Source: Sphingomonadales bacterium (GTDB taxonomy: Bacteria; Pseudomonadota; Alphaproteobacteria; Sphingomonadales; Sphingomonadaceae). From it: 64,000 nt of DNA. Under the pieces are notes generated by a model. It made no database searches. It had not been told where the DNA came from and was given only the letters and a program-made list of their open reading frames with translations. Shown here in pieces: positions 1-11,386 of the stretch. The stretch spans positions 94,013 through 158,012 of the forward strand of contig CANIRZ010000001.1 of assembly GCA_947470185.1 (NCBI GenBank), in the 5' to 3' direction. A program made the translations under genes and the position numbers. Each line of letters opens with the position of its first letter. The first letter of the stretch is position 1.

Positions 1-1
1 G

Positions 2-985
2 ACTGCTTCGACACTCGATCTGATTGGAAACACCCCGCTGGTGCGCCTTGAAGGGCCAAGCGCGGAAGCTGGATGCGATATTTTTGGTAAGTGCGAATAT
101 GTGAACCCCGGCGCATCGGTAAAGGACCGCGCTGCGCTCTACATCGTACGCGATGCCGAACGGCAGGGGCTTCTTAAACCGGGCGGCACGATTGTCGAAG
201 GCACGGCTGGCAATACCGGCATTGGCCTTGCTTTGGTCTGCAATGCGCTTGGGTATAAGACGATCATCGTCATGCCCGAAACGCAGAGCCAGGAGAAAAA
301 GGACACGCTGCGTGCCTTAGGTGCAGAGCTCGTGCTCGTTCCTGCTGCGCCATATTCGAACCCCGGCCATTTCGTGCACACTTCACGCCGCTTGGCCGAG
401 GAAACCGAAAATGCGGTATGGGCCAACCAATTCGATAATATCGCCAACCGCCGCGCACATATTGAAACCACTGCCGAGGAAATTTGGACGCAAATGGGCG
501 GTGACATTGACGGCTTTATTTGCGCAGCTGGAACAGGCGGAACTATCGCTGGGGTAGGGCTTGGACTTAAGGCGAAGGATGAGGCGGTCACTATTGCCTT
601 GGCCGATCCGCACGGCGCTGCGCTGTATAATTATTATGCGTGCGGTGAATTAAGCTCCGAGGGCAACTCGGTTGCCGAAGGCATCGGGCAGGGCCGGATC
701 ACGGCCAATCTCGATGGTGCGCCGATTGATACGCAATTCCGCATTTCGGACGAGGAAGGCCTTGTCTGGGTCCGCCGTTTGTTGGCGGAGGAGGGGCTTT
801 GCCTTGGTCTTTCGTCCGGCATCAATGTGGCAGGCGCGATCGCGTTGGGCAAACAATTGGGGCCGGGTAAGCGCATTGTTACCATCTTGTGCGACACGGG
901 CTTCCGGTATCTGTCCACCATCTATAATCCCGCATGGATGCGCAGTAAAAACCTTCCCGTAATGCCTTGGCAAATGGACAGCTAA
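2..985 (+). CDS. cysK: Cysteine synthase (O-acetylserine sulfhydrylase), 5'-truncated by window edge
   Basis: The frame is open from position 2 (TASTLDLIGNTPLV...). Motifs: NPGASVKDR (PLP lysine), EGTAGNTG, AGTGGT, GLSSG, ILCDTG. Confidence 0.9.
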   Translation, partial: TASTLDLIGNTPLVRLEGPSAEAGCDIFGKCEYVNPGASVKDRAALYIVRDAERQGLLKPGGTIVEGTAGNTGIGLALVCNALGYKTIIVMPETQSQEKKDTLRALGAELVLVPAAPYSNPGHFVHTSRRLAEETENAVWANQFDNIANRRAHIETTAEEIWTQMGGDIDGFICAAGTGGTIAGVGLGLKAKDEAVTIALADPHGAALYNYYACGELSSEGNSVAEGIGQGRITANLDGAPIDTQFRISDEEGLVWVRRLLAEEGLCLGLSSGINVAGAIALGKQLGPGKRIVTILCDTGFRYLSTIYNPAWMRSKNLPVMPWQMDS

Positions 986-1015
986 AGGCAATATCGGGTT
1001 TAGAGGAGGAAGCAG

Positions 1016-1309
1016 ATGGTCCAGCAAAGGCAATCCGCAGTTCAACGTATTCAGGTTGGTGTCGTCGGCCTTGTCATCGTGCTGCTGTTCGTAACACTGG
1101 CAAGCATGGTCCTCGATCGGGTTAGGCCAGCGCCGCAAGCTGGCGGCATGCCAGGGGCGGCTCCCTTGACCGCGGGCAATGGCTCAACGCCTGCTGAGCC
1201 GCTGGCCGAATTGGGCGTCACGCCGGTCGCCAACGATTCTGCGACTGATCAGCCTGCCAATGGAGCCGCGCCAGCGCCGCGGCAATCCGCACCCGCGCCG
1301 CGGCGGTAA
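1016..1309 (+). CDS. Small single-pass membrane protein with Pro/Ala-rich tail, unknown function
   Basis: AGAGGAGG RBS upstream, one hydrophobic helix (IQVGVVGLVIVLLFVTLASMV), and it fills the gap between cysK and the next gene. Confidence 0.7.
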   Translation: MVQQRQSAVQRIQVGVVGLVIVLLFVTLASMVLDRVRPAPQAGGMPGAAPLTAGNGSTPAEPLAELGVTPVANDSATDQPANGAAPAPRQSAPAPRR

Positions 1310-1313
1310 TTTG

Positions 1314-2141
1314 GTGACTGATAGATTTGCCCGCTTTGGGGGCAGAACGCGGCTTTTTGTCGTGCTGCTTGCCGGATCATTGGTCCTGCTGCTGTTTGCA
1401 GGGCTTGGCTTCACGCGGTCCGTAGATGATAAGCCAAAGGCGGCCCTGGCCCTGATGACAACATTGCCGTTGCAGTGGAGTGAGGGCGGTATTGAAGCTG
1501 ACCTTGCCCAGGATGCCGCGCCGCACCCTGCTTTCGCACGCCTTGACCAGCGTTACGACATTGATCTCATCGATGACCTGATGACATGGAAACCACGCAA
1601 CGGGCAACTGCTCTTGCTTGCCCAGCCAAGGGCTTTTGCTCCGGCGGAGCTCGTGCGCTTGGACAATTGGGTCCGGAGCGGCGGGCGGCTGTTGATACTG
1701 GCGGACCCCGCTTTGCAATGGGGCAGCCTGTATCCGTTGGGGGACAAGAGGCGCCCGTTGTTTACATCTTTGCTTTCCCCCTTGTTCACACATTGGGGGC
1801 TTGAGTTGGTTTTGCCCATTACCGATGACAGCCCCCGTGTTATCCGCAAGATCGGCGTTTTCAATATCCGCACCGTAACGCCCGGCGAATGGCTTCCCAA
1901 AGGGACAATAAGCCCGCGCTGCAGCATTTCCGCCAAGGGTCTGTTGGCGGATTGCCGGATTGGTGCGGGCCGCGCGGTGTTGGTTGCCGATGCCGACATG
2001 CTAGACGCTGCCTTTTGGGAAGGACAGGGGATGCGCATACTCACCGGAGGTGAAGAGTTCGCGAATTTGACCTTTGTCGAAGCGCTGTTGATGGCGTTGA
2101 AATCCAATAATGCGCTTAATGGGGATTTTGTGGGAAAATGA
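1314..2141 (+). CDS. Membrane-anchored GldG/DUF4350-like (ABC-type auxiliary) protein
   Basis: Start taken at GTG 1314, just after the upstream stop. N-terminal TM helix; LLLLAQPR...ELVRLDNWVRSGGRLLILADP and GAGRAVLVADAD are typical of the GldG/DUF4350 fold. Confidence 0.6.
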   Translation: MTDRFARFGGRTRLFVVLLAGSLVLLLFAGLGFTRSVDDKPKAALALMTTLPLQWSEGGIEADLAQDAAPHPAFARLDQRYDIDLIDDLMTWKPRNGQLLLLAQPRAFAPAELVRLDNWVRSGGRLLILADPALQWGSLYPLGDKRRPLFTSLLSPLFTHWGLELVLPITDDSPRVIRKIGVFNIRTVTPGEWLPKGTISPRCSISAKGLLADCRIGAGRAVLVADADMLDAAFWEGQGMRILTGGEEFANLTFVEALLMALKSNNALNGDFVGK

Positions 2142-2330
2142 CGGGCGCAGGAGAATTTTATGCAATTCACAGCTATAAGACGGCCAATTTAGGCGATTTT
2201 GGGTGCTTATATTGGGGTGCATTACGCATGGCAATTTGGGGGGAACTGTAAAAACAACGGAATTTCGGTAAATTTTGTCATAAAAATTAAGCATTCCCAT
2301 AAAATCCCTCTTTTCATCCATGAATTCCCT
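2120..2330. promoter_or_regulatory. Putative MraZ operator arrays (TGGGN-type repeats) in the dcw promoter region
   Basis: GGG cores at 2121, 2132 and 2143 on +; CCC cores at 2296, 2306, (2318) and 2327, i.e. GGG on -. Period is about 10-11 bp, matching the known MraZ repeat architecture, directly upstream of mraZ. Confidence 0.6.
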
Positions 2331-2450
2331 TGTTATGACCATGGCTTCAAGGGGTGGATTCCTGATTCTATCGGTCGTTACGGCGTCCGCATGACGCTTG
2401 TTTCGTCATGATTGGTAATTTCCACCCTTTATTGGGGGGTGGTTCAGGCA

Positions 2451-2939
2451 GTGTCAGCGTTGGTCGTCTATGCAGGTTCGGGGGTGTCGGGTGTCGACGC
2501 CAAGGGCCGTACGACCATTCCCGCCGAGCTGCGTGACAGCGTCCAGCAGTCAAGCGGCAGCAACAATGTCTGCATTTCCCGCCATTCCAGCTTACCTTGC
2601 CTGATTGGCTTTGGTGGGTCCGAGCGTCTTAAGCTGCGTGCCGACATTGAGGCGCAATGGCAAAGCGCAGTTAACCGCGGCACCGAATTTGACCGCGAAA
2701 TGGCTGGCGTTTCGGCATCTTCGATTTTCGAAACCGCTTTTGAGGCAAGTGGCCGCTTCGTGCTCTCGCCTATGCTTAAGCATTTCGGTCGCATTAACGA
2801 CCGCGCCTTCTTCTTTGGCGCGACCACGCACTTCATGCTGTGGAACCCTGATGTCTTCCTCAAAGAAGCGCCTGCAGCGTTCAACCCCATCAAGGACGAG
2901 CTGAATTATTGGCTGTCCCAGGCAAAGCGCGACAAATGA
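2451..2939 (+). CDS. mraZ: Division/cell-wall cluster transcriptional repressor MraZ
   Basis: [14 protein letters not shown] and FEASGRFVL (two DxxGR-type repeats); first gene before rsmH. GTG 2451 chosen because of the G-rich RBS. Confidence 0.88.
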   Translation: MSALVVYAGSGVSGVDAKGRTTIPAELRDSVQQSSGSNNVCISRHSSLPCLIGFGGSERLKLRADIEAQWQSAVNRGTEFDREMAGVSASSIFETAFEASGRFVLSPMLKHFGRINDRAFFFGATTHFMLWNPDVFLKEAPAAFNPIKDELNYWLSQAKRDK

Positions 2940-3892
2940 GCGCGCTCGCCCCACATATTCCAGTTTTACTGGATGAAGTAATTCACTCTCTGCCCATCAC
3001 CCCGGGCGCTGAGATCGTGGATGGTACCTTTGGTGCGGGTGGATACAGCCAAGCGATACTGGCTGGCGGTGCGCGCGTTTACGCGTTCGACCGCGATCCC
3101 GATGCACTTAACGAAGGTGCGGACCTTGCAGGCCGGAGTGAAGGTGCTTTGCGTCTTTACTCGGCCTGTTTTTCTAACATGGACGATGTCCTGATGGCTG
3201 ATGGTATCATGTCGGTCGATGGCGTCGTGCTCGACATTGGCGTTTCGTCGATGCAGCTTGATCGTGCAGAGCGCGGCTTTTCCTTCCAGAAGGACGGCCC
3301 GCTCGATATGCGCATGGGTCAGGACGGCATGTCGGCTGCCGACTTCGTCAACGAAGCTGAAGAAGCGGATATTGCCGACATCATCTTTCGGTATGGCGAA
3401 GAGCATCGTTCACGCCGTATCGCGCGTTCGATTGTGGCTGCGCGTCCCATCACGACAACTGCGCAGCTCGCTGCAATCGTCCGCAAGGCCGTTGGCCACA
3501 AGCCCGGCGCGCCGAAAGACCCCGCAACTCGCGCGTTTCAGGCCATCCGCATTCATGTGAACCGCGAACTGGACGAGTTGACCGACGGACTGGAAGCTGC
3601 AGAGCGCATGTTGAAGCCTGGTGGTCGTCTGGCTGTAGTTACCTTTCACAGCCTTGAAGATCGCATCGTAAAGCAATTCTTGCGCCGTCGTAGTGGCGCA
3701 GAAGCCGCAGGGTCACGGCACGTGCCAATGGTTGGTAATGACGGTCCTGCGCCCACTTTCGACAAAGCTGATAAAGCGGTTCGGCCATCGGACGCCGAGT
3801 TGGCCCGTAATCCACGGTCACGTTCAGCAACATTACGTTCCGCAACCCGCACACACGCACCCGCATGGGCAATAGGAGGACTGGCAGCATGA
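2936..3892 (+). CDS. rsmH: 16S rRNA m4C1402 methyltransferase RsmH (MraW)
   Basis: [51 protein letters not shown]; ATGA overlap with the mraZ stop. Confidence 0.97.
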   Translation: MSALAPHIPVLLDEVIHSLPITPGAEIVDGTFGAGGYSQAILAGGARVYAFDRDPDALNEGADLAGRSEGALRLYSACFSNMDDVLMADGIMSVDGVVLDIGVSSMQLDRAERGFSFQKDGPLDMRMGQDGMSAADFVNEAEEADIADIIFRYGEEHRSRRIARSIVAARPITTTAQLAAIVRKAVGHKPGAPKDPATRAFQAIRIHVNRELDELTDGLEAAERMLKPGGRLAVVTFHSLEDRIVKQFLRRRSGAEAAGSRHVPMVGNDGPAPTFDKADKAVRPSDAELARNPRSRSATLRSATRTHAPAWAIGGLAA

Positions 3893-4482
3893 GTCTCGCC
3901 ATGAAAAGACTTCAGAATATCGGCTGGCTGGCTTTGGTGTTCATGGTTGCAATCCTGTTATACCCATTGTCTTTGAACGTTGCTGCAATGCACAGCAATC
4001 TAGTCGCTGTTGATCGCAACATATTGGAAACAAAGCGTGAAATCAGCTTCCTTCAAGCCGAAATCCGCACGCGCGCTAGTCTGCAGCAGCTTGAGGAGTG
4101 GAACGAGCTTTTGTACGGTTATCAACCACCAATGGCTAACCAGTTCGTTAGCGGTGAGGCTGCACTTGCGGAACTGACGGGTGATCTGCAAGCGACCAAG
4201 CCAGTGATGATGGCTTCGGCCGACATTGACGCTGCGCCAAGCGCGAACCAAGCCAATCCAGCGCCAACAATCGAGGCAGTTGTTAAAAAATCCACCGAAA
4301 TTGCCACCGCCGTTGCGGCGCCGATTTTTGCCGAGCCGGTAAAGCGCGCCGCACCTAAGCCTGCGGCACCGAAGGTTGAACAGACGCGGACCGAACGACT
4401 GGCGCGGATGGACGAAAAGCTTTTGTCCGACGACTTCATGCGGGATATTTCGGCTAAGGCCGCTAACGAACGCCGCCGGTAA
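3889..4482 (+). CDS. ftsL: FtsL-like cell division protein (TM + coiled coil + long Pro/Ala tail)
   Basis: Lies between rsmH and ftsI; N-terminal TM followed by a leucine-zipper-like segment; ATGA overlap. Confidence 0.65.
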   Translation: MSLAMKRLQNIGWLALVFMVAILLYPLSLNVAAMHSNLVAVDRNILETKREISFLQAEIRTRASLQQLEEWNELLYGYQPPMANQFVSGEAALAELTGDLQATKPVMMASADIDAAPSANQANPAPTIEAVVKKSTEIATAVAAPIFAEPVKRAAPKPAAPKVEQTRTERLARMDEKLLSDDFMRDISAKAANERRR

Positions 4483-6218
4483 TGATTCCCCAAATCGCCC
4501 GCACGACAACTCGGAAAAGCGGCGTTAACCCCCCGCCTTTTGCGGCCCATGGTTTCTGGCGGATGCTTATTCTGCTGGTTGCATTTGGTATGTTCGTTGC
4601 GTTGCTCATTGGGCGGCTTGCGACTTTGGCCTTATTCGAAAGCAGCCGCGCTTACGGTGCGACCAGCACAGACTATGTGCCAGATCGCGGTGATATTGTT
4701 GATCGTAACGGCATTCCTCTGGCGCGCAGCATTTATGGCTATGCCATTTGGGTGAAGCCTGCCGACCTCCTTGGCGACCGCAAACAATTGGCAACACAGT
4801 TGGCAGCAATTTTTCCGGATACGCCAGCGGCTGAATTCTATGCAAAACTGACCGATGACAAGCCCAGTTACTTGCGTAACCGCGCATTGCCGGAGCAAGT
4901 CCGCGCGGTTCATGATCTTGGCGAAATCGCCATTGAGTTTCCACGCGAAGCCACGCGGCTTTATCCCCAACACGACATGGCCGCCCATGTCCTCGGTTTC
5001 GTAAACCGTGACGGCAAAGGCGCGATGGGCATGGAGCGGGTAATGAACGATTATCTGCGTGACCCAGCCAAGCGTGGGAGCCCTTTGAACCTCGCTTTGG
5101 ACGTCCGAGTTCAAGCAGCGTTGGAGAGCGAACTGGCGTCGGGCATGACCGCTACGGCCGCCAAGGGTGCTGCCGGGGTCGTGTTGGATGTGCAAACGGG
5201 CGAAGTGGTTGCCATGGCAACATTGCCTTCGTTCAACCCTAACCGGCCGTCCTTTGCGAACATCCCCGATCTTGGCCAGACGATCACCGACGGTCGCTAT
5301 CCCATTTCGCGGCAGACGAACAACGTAACGAACCGTGTATATGAACTCGGCTCTACCTTTAAGCCGCTTACTGTTGCCGCTGCTTTGGACGCGGGAACGG
5401 TGCGCGATCTTTCCGTTCGGTATGACGCCACCAAGCCGCTTCAAGTTGGAAAGTTTAAAATACGGGATTCGCACCCATTAAACCGCTGGATCAATACACC
5501 AGAGGCGCTCATCCACAGCTCCAACATTGTGACGGCGCAAATTGCTGACACATTGGGCGCTGCCCGCATGGATGCGATGTTGCGTGCAATGCATTTTAAC
5601 GTGCGTCCGGATATCGAACTGGCAGAAAAATCTAGGCCGCTATATCCCAAGACTTGGGGACGTCTGACCACAATGACTGTAGGGTTTGGGCACGGCATCG
5701 CGGTTACGCCAATGCATTTGGCGAGTGCGTATGCCGCGATGGTCAATGGTGGCATTTATCGTCCGGCCACAATGTTCAAGACGAAGGCTGATGCCAAGAT
5801 TCCCGGTAAGCGGGTCTTTACCGCGGCAACCAGTGCACGGATGCGGCAATTGATGCGCATGATCGTCGTGGACGGTACGGGCAGCCAAGCCGATGCACTG
5901 GGATACCGCGTTGGCGGCAAGACGGGTTCTGCGGAAAAGCCAGGCGTTGGCGGCTATAGCCGCAATCTGGTTGTTTCCACCTTTGCCTCTGCTTTTCCGA
6001 TGGATAACCCGCGTTATGTGGTGCTTGCGATGCTCGACGAACCTCAGGGTACGGAAGCCTCAAGCTTTCAGCGGACCGCCGGCTATACCGCTGCGCCCGT
6101 TGTCCGTAAGACAATTACACGCATTGGGCCATTGATGGGAATTATACCTGACATGAAACGCGATGTTGATGTATCTGAACTGATGCCTTTATTGTGGAAG
6201 GCGAAGGGAGAGCAATAG
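4482..6218 (+). CDS. ftsI: Peptidoglycan D,D-transpeptidase FtsI (PBP3)
   Basis: RGDIVDRNG, YELGSTFK (SxxK), HSSN (SxN), GGKTGSA (KTG). Confidence 0.96.
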   Translation: MIPQIARTTTRKSGVNPPPFAAHGFWRMLILLVAFGMFVALLIGRLATLALFESSRAYGATSTDYVPDRGDIVDRNGIPLARSIYGYAIWVKPADLLGDRKQLATQLAAIFPDTPAAEFYAKLTDDKPSYLRNRALPEQVRAVHDLGEIAIEFPREATRLYPQHDMAAHVLGFVNRDGKGAMGMERVMNDYLRDPAKRGSPLNLALDVRVQAALESELASGMTATAAKGAAGVVLDVQTGEVVAMATLPSFNPNRPSFANIPDLGQTITDGRYPISRQTNNVTNRVYELGSTFKPLTVAAALDAGTVRDLSVRYDATKPLQVGKFKIRDSHPLNRWINTPEALIHSSNIVTAQIADTLGAARMDAMLRAMHFNVRPDIELAEKSRPLYPKTWGRLTTMTVGFGHGIAVTPMHLASAYAAMVNGGIYRPATMFKTKADAKIPGKRVFTAATSARMRQLMRMIVVDGTGSQADALGYRVGGKTGSAEKPGVGGYSRNLVVSTFASAFPMDNPRYVVLAMLDEPQGTEASSFQRTAGYTAAPVVRKTITRIGPLMGIIPDMKRDVDVSELMPLLWKAKGEQ

Positions 6219-7645
6219 TGAAGCTCGGGCAATTGGTAAGCGGTGCCGATCCGGCATTGGCCGACAGAATAGTGACCGGCTTTGCCATCGACCATCGGAA
6301 AATTGCGCCCGGCACAGTTTTTGGCGCCTTTGAGGGCGCCGCATTCAACGGCGAAGATTTCATCGGCGCTGCAATCGCCGCTGGTGCAGTGGCTGTTGTC
6401 GCGCGTCCGGAGGCTATGGTGCAGGGCGCTGTGCATGTTGCCGACGCCAACCCACGCAAGGCATTTGCCGAACTTGCGGCAAAATTCTTTCGGCCATTTC
6501 CCGAAAATGTGGCGGCGGTTACCGGAACGAATGGCAAGACTTCGACTGCTGAGCTTACGCGGCAGCTTTGGCGGATGTCGGGGCACAATGCGGCATCTAT
6601 CGGTACATTGGGTATCACAACGGCTTCGGATCAGGCAAGTACAGGCCTTACAACCCCAGACATTGTGACCTTCCTTGCCAACATGTCCGGCCTTGCACGT
6701 GAAGGCATCAGCCATGCGATATTCGAGGCATCAAGCCACGGCCTGTCGCAATATCGCAGTGAAGGCGTGCCCGTTTCGGTTGCCGCCTTCACCAATTTAA
6801 GCCGTGACCATCTTGATTATCACGGGACGATGGAAAATTACTTTGAGGCCAAAATGCGCCTGTTTGACGAGGTCGTTGACGAAAACGGCTGCGCCGTGAT
6901 CTGGGCAGACGATATTTGGTCTGACCAAGTCATTGCGCGTGCCCGCAAACGCGAATTGCGTCTGATCACCGTGGGGGAAAAGGGCAAGGGCATTCAACTG
7001 GTCTCGCGCCAAGCGACCCAGCTTGGGCAGACGCTGGAACTGCGTATTCAGGGCGATGTGCATAAGGTTAATCTGCCGCTCATTGGCGCGTATCAGGCGG
7101 CAAACGCGCTCGTCGCGGCAGGGGTAGTTATGGCAAGCGGGGGAGAGGTGGAGAGCCTACTTTCCCATCTGGCGCGGTTGCAGCCCGTGCGTGGGCGACT
7201 GGAGCGTGCCGTCATCACCAAAAGTGGCGCGCCTGTGTATGTCGATTATGCGCATACGCCCGACGGCTTGCGCGCGGCCATTGCAGCATTGCGTCCGCAT
7301 ACGAAGGGTAAGCTGATTACTGTGTTCGGCGCAGGCGGCGACCGCGATACAGGCAAGCGTCCGGAGATGGGCGCTGTGGCCGTCGCGGACTCCGACATTG
7401 TGATTGTCACTGACGATAACCCAAGAAGCGAAGACCCGTCGCTCATCCGCGCTGACGTCATGGCAGGGGCCAAGGGTGCACATGAAATTGGCGACCGGCA
7501 TTATGCGATCGCCTTTGCCATCGAACATGCGGAACCCGACGATATCGTGCTGATTGCGGGCAAGGGCCATGAACAAGGGCAGATCATCATGGGCCGCGTT
7601 CTGCCTTTTGACGATGTCGAAGTCGCAAGGGAATGCGCGGCATGA
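6218..7645 (+). CDS. murE: UDP-MurNAc-tripeptide synthetase MurE (meso-DAP type)
   Basis: VTGTNGKTS, EASSHGL, DHLDYH, DYAHTPD, DNPR (DAP-specific), AGKGHE; GTG overlaps the ftsI stop. Confidence 0.96.
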   Translation: MKLGQLVSGADPALADRIVTGFAIDHRKIAPGTVFGAFEGAAFNGEDFIGAAIAAGAVAVVARPEAMVQGAVHVADANPRKAFAELAAKFFRPFPENVAAVTGTNGKTSTAELTRQLWRMSGHNAASIGTLGITTASDQASTGLTTPDIVTFLANMSGLAREGISHAIFEASSHGLSQYRSEGVPVSVAAFTNLSRDHLDYHGTMENYFEAKMRLFDEVVDENGCAVIWADDIWSDQVIARARKRELRLITVGEKGKGIQLVSRQATQLGQTLELRIQGDVHKVNLPLIGAYQAANALVAAGVVMASGGEVESLLSHLARLQPVRGRLERAVITKSGAPVYVDYAHTPDGLRAAIAALRPHTKGKLITVFGAGGDRDTGKRPEMGAVAVADSDIVIVTDDNPRSEDPSLIRADVMAGAKGAHEIGDRHYAIAFAIEHAEPDDIVLIAGKGHEQGQIIMGRVLPFDDVEVARECAA

Positions 7646-9030
7646 CCGTATTATGGACATTTGAGGAGCTGCTGGCGGCAACTGGCGGGACAGCTTCGGG
7701 GCATTTTAACGTTACGGGCGTTGCGTTTGACTCGCGTGAAATCGGCAAAGGCGACCTCTTTCTGGCGTTGAAGGGTGCAGAGACCGACGGGCATCTGTTT
7801 GTCGACAAGGCCTTTGCCAATGGCGCAGCGGGCGCGATTGTGTCGCAGCCCGTGCCGTATCCGCACATTCTTGTGGCAGACACGATGCAAGCGCTCGAGG
7901 CGCTTGGCCATGCGTCACGCGCGCGGACTAAAGCGAAAATCATTGGGGTTACGGGTTCCGCCGGTAAGACAGGCACGAAGGAGGCGTTGTTCGCCGCGTT
8001 GGACCGATGTTCACGCGGCCGCGCCCACCGTTCGGTCAAAAGCTACAACAACCATGTTGGCGTGCCGTTGAGCCTTGCGCGGATGCCCGCGGATTGCGAC
8101 TTCGGCGTTTTTGAAATGGGCATGAACCACGCTGGTGAAATGCGCGCGCTTAGCCATATCGTTCGGCCCGATGTCGCCATCATCACCACCATTGCACCTG
8201 CACATATCGAATTTTTCAAGGACGAAAGCGGTATTGCCGACGCCAAGGCAGAAATCTTCGAAGGCTTGGTCGAAGGCGGCACGGCGATATTGCCTGCCGA
8301 CAATGTGCATTATCCGCGTTTGCGCGCGGCAGCTGAGCAATACACCAACGCCATATTGTCCTTTGGCTTCAGCGCGGATGCAGATGTCCGCGTGATCGAC
8401 CATTTGGATAGCGTCCATAATAGCACGCTGATTACGGCCAAGGTGGGCGACGCAATATTGTCTTTCAACCTGTCTCAACCCGGGCAGCACTGGATCGGCA
8501 ACAGCATGGCCGTATTGGCCGCAGTGTTGGCAGCGGGAGGCGATCTTGCCTCTGCTGGCCTTGCCATGGCGGAAATGGGTGGCCTTGCCGGACGCGGTGC
8601 GCGGCACGAGGTTGCGATTGCCGGAGGCACCGCCCATTTGATCGATGAAAGCTACAACGCCAATCCTGCCTCAATGGCCGCGACTATCGGCCAATTGGGC
8701 TTGTCGGGCGGCGGGCGACGCATCGCTGTGCTGGGATCCATGAAAGAACTTGGCGACAAAGGCGATGATTATCACCGCGCCCTTGCAGCACCCTTGGCTG
8801 CTGCAAAGGTCGATTTTGCTATCCTTGTCGGGGCAGAGATGGCAATTCTTGCTGAAGATTTGAAAGCAGGGGTTGAGGGACCGAAGGAATTCGCGCATTG
8901 CGCGACCGCGCAGGAGGCACTTGTCCTTCTGCAACAATATCTTTGCGCATCGGACACGATTTTGGTCAAAGGTTCCAACAGCATGGGACTTTCCACCATC
9001 GTCAGCGCGCTGACGGGTGGGGAAAACTGA
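7642..9030 (+). CDS. murF: UDP-MurNAc-tripeptide--D-Ala-D-Ala ligase MurF
   Basis: [42 protein letters not shown]. Confidence 0.96.
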   Translation: MTVLWTFEELLAATGGTASGHFNVTGVAFDSREIGKGDLFLALKGAETDGHLFVDKAFANGAAGAIVSQPVPYPHILVADTMQALEALGHASRARTKAKIIGVTGSAGKTGTKEALFAALDRCSRGRAHRSVKSYNNHVGVPLSLARMPADCDFGVFEMGMNHAGEMRALSHIVRPDVAIITTIAPAHIEFFKDESGIADAKAEIFEGLVEGGTAILPADNVHYPRLRAAAEQYTNAILSFGFSADADVRVIDHLDSVHNSTLITAKVGDAILSFNLSQPGQHWIGNSMAVLAAVLAAGGDLASAGLAMAEMGGLAGRGARHEVAIAGGTAHLIDESYNANPASMAATIGQLGLSGGGRRIAVLGSMKELGDKGDDYHRALAAPLAAAKVDFAILVGAEMAILAEDLKAGVEGPKEFAHCATAQEALVLLQQYLCASDTILVKGSNSMGLSTIVSALTGGEN

Positions 9031-10100
9031 TGCTTTATGTTTTGGCTGAATATCTGGGTTTTCCTGGGATACTTAACCTTATTCGCTATCTAAGCTTCCG
9101 CTCTGGAGCTGCGGTTGCAACCGCTCTTGTTATTGGCCTGCTTATCGGACCACGCTTCATTAGCATGCTGCGCGTGCGCCAAGGCAAGGGCCAGCCCATC
9201 CGCAGTGATGGGCCGCAATCGCATCTTGCAAAAGTGGGCACCCCAACAATGGGCGGGCTGATGATATTGGTATCGGTCGGCATTTCCATGCTGTTGTGGA
9301 TGGATTTGAAGAATGTTTACGTTTGGGCCTGTTTGCTCGTGACCGTGGGCTTCGGCACCGTCGGGTTTCTCGACGATTATGACAAGGTCAAGAAACGCAG
9401 CCATAAGGGCGTATCTGGCAAAGTCCGCTTGTTGTGGGAGTTTGCGATTGCTGGTGTCGCTGTTTCGTTGATCGTCTGGCAATCGGGTGGTAATTTGTAT
9501 CTGCCATTTGTTAACGGCCCCGTGATCGACTTGGGCTGGTGGTATGTGCCTTTTGGTGCGTTTGTGATTGTTTCATTCGGCAATGCAGTAAACTTGACCG
9601 ACGGCCTTGATGGCCTTGCGACGATGCCCGTCATCATTGCCTCCATTGCATTTATGTTGATCGTCTACATGGTCGGCAATGCCAAATATGCAGCATATCT
9701 GGGTATTCCGTTCTTTTTGGGAGCAGGGGACCTCGCCATGCTATGTGGCGCTATTGTGGGCGCGGGCCTTGCCTTTTTGTGGTTCAACGCCCCGCCTGCG
9801 GCTGTGTTCATGGGCGATACTGGAAGCCTTGCTTTGGGCGGAACGCTTGGCGCGATTGCCGTTGTGGCGCACCATGAATTTGTTCTTGCCATCATCGGCG
9901 GGCTTTTCGTTATTGAGGCGCTTTCGGTCATCATTCAGGTGTTCTGGTTCAAGCGGACCGGAAAGCGCATTTTCCGCATGGCGCCGATCCACCACCATTT
10001 TGAACAGCTTGGCTGGTCGGAGCCGACCGTTGTCATTCGGTTCTGGATTGTGGCTTTCGTATTGGCGCTTGCGGGGCTATCAACCCTTAAGCTCAGATGA
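9030..10100 (+). CDS. mraY: Phospho-MurNAc-pentapeptide transferase MraY
   Basis: [44 protein letters not shown]; start at the TGATG overlap. Confidence 0.97.
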   Translation: MLYVLAEYLGFPGILNLIRYLSFRSGAAVATALVIGLLIGPRFISMLRVRQGKGQPIRSDGPQSHLAKVGTPTMGGLMILVSVGISMLLWMDLKNVYVWACLLVTVGFGTVGFLDDYDKVKKRSHKGVSGKVRLLWEFAIAGVAVSLIVWQSGGNLYLPFVNGPVIDLGWWYVPFGAFVIVSFGNAVNLTDGLDGLATMPVIIASIAFMLIVYMVGNAKYAAYLGIPFFLGAGDLAMLCGAIVGAGLAFLWFNAPPAAVFMGDTGSLALGGTLGAIAVVAHHEFVLAIIGGLFVIEALSVIIQVFWFKRTGKRIFRMAPIHHHFEQLGWSEPTVVIRFWIVAFVLALAGLSTLKLR

Positions 10101-11386
10101 TTACTACCCCTGCCTTTAAAGACCGGAAGTACGCTATATTGGGGCTTGCGCGCTCCGGTCTGTCCGCGGCACGTTCTCTCGTGGCAGGCGGCGCGCAGAT
10201 ATTGGCGTGGGACAATGATGAAGGCGCACGCGCCAAAGTCGCTGACATCGCGACGATTGCCGATCCGCTGCTGAGTGACTTGTCCGGTTATGACGCGATT
10301 GTGGTGTCACCCGGCGTACCAATCAACCGTCATCCCATTGCTGAAAAGGCAAAGGAAGAGGGCCTGCCGCTGATTGGTGATATGGAATTGTTTGCGATGG
10401 CGCGGCCCAACTTGCCGCCGCACCGCGTGGTCGGCATTACCGGAACCAACGGCAAATCTACCACGACGGCACTTGTACATCATGTGTTGGAAAGCGCAGA
10501 CCTGCCGGTGCGCATGGGGGGCAACATCGGGCTGCCGATATTGTCGCAAGCGCCATTGCCCTCAGGCGGCGTGTATGTGCTTGAGCTTTCAAGCTACCAG
10601 ATCGACATCACACATACGCTCGCTTGCGATGCTGCCGCGCTCATCAACCTGTCACCTGACCATCTTGACCGCTATGACGGCTATGAAGGCTATATGGCGT
10701 CGAAAGCACGTCTTTTCGAAATGCAGACGGGACATGAAACGTCGGTCTTTGGCAAAGGCGACGCCGACACCGAGCGGGTCTATCGCGACGTGCTTACCCG
10801 GCGCGGGGCGGAGTTTGTACATTTAGCGGATTCGCAGTCGGTCAGCGGTCAAGAAGAATGGCCGTCGCTGCAAGGACCCCATAACCTTCAAAATATAGCA
10901 GTGGCCATCGCCATCGTGGAATCGCTTGGTGTGACCGAAGCGCAATGGCGGCCTGCTATGCGGACCTTTAAGGGGCTTGCCCACCGCATGGAGGTTGTTG
11001 CTGAACGGAACGGCGTATTGTTCATCAACGACAGCAAGGCGACCAATGGTGCGTCCACCGCGCCTGCGCTGGCGGCATATCCGCGTGTGCACTGGATCGT
11101 CGGCGGCTTGCCCAAAACCGACAATCTTGACGAATGCATTCCCAATTTCGGCCATGTTGTAAAGGCTTACACCATTGGGGAGGCAGGGCCGCTGTTTCAC
11201 GAACTGCTGGCCCCGCATTTGCCAGTAGAACGCAGCGAGATGATGGGCACCGCAGTGCACTCGGCGGCGGCACAGGCGCAACCCGGTGACGTTATCATGC
11301 TGTCACCTGCGTGCGCGTCCTTTGACCAATTCAAGGATTTCGAAGCGCGCGGCGACGCATTCCGCGCAATTGTGGAAGCGTTATGA
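10097..11386 (+). CDS. murD: UDP-MurNAc-L-Ala--D-Glu ligase MurD
   Basis: [47 protein letters not shown]. Confidence 0.96.
   Translation: MITTPAFKDRKYAILGLARSGLSAARSLVAGGAQILAWDNDEGARAKVADIATIADPLLSDLSGYDAIVVSPGVPINRHPIAEKAKEEGLPLIGDMELFAMARPNLPPHRVVGITGTNGKSTTTALVHHVLESADLPVRMGGNIGLPILSQAPLPSGGVYVLELSSYQIDITHTLACDAAALINLSPDHLDRYDGYEGYMASKARLFEMQTGHETSVFGKGDADTERVYRDVLTRRGAEFVHLADSQSVSGQEEWPSLQGPHNLQNIAVAIAIVESLGVTEAQWRPAMRTFKGLAHRMEVVAERNGVLFINDSKATNGASTAPALAAYPRVHWIVGGLPKTDNLDECIPNFGHVVKAYTIGEAGPLFHELLAPHLPVERSEMMGTAVHSAAAQAQPGDVIMLSPACASFDQFKDFEARGDAFRAIVEAL

Noticed and set aside
2394-2405. ACGCTTGTTTCG shared with the repeat at 59436-59447
   Set aside because: An isolated 12-mer without flanking similarity; expected by chance in 64 kb.
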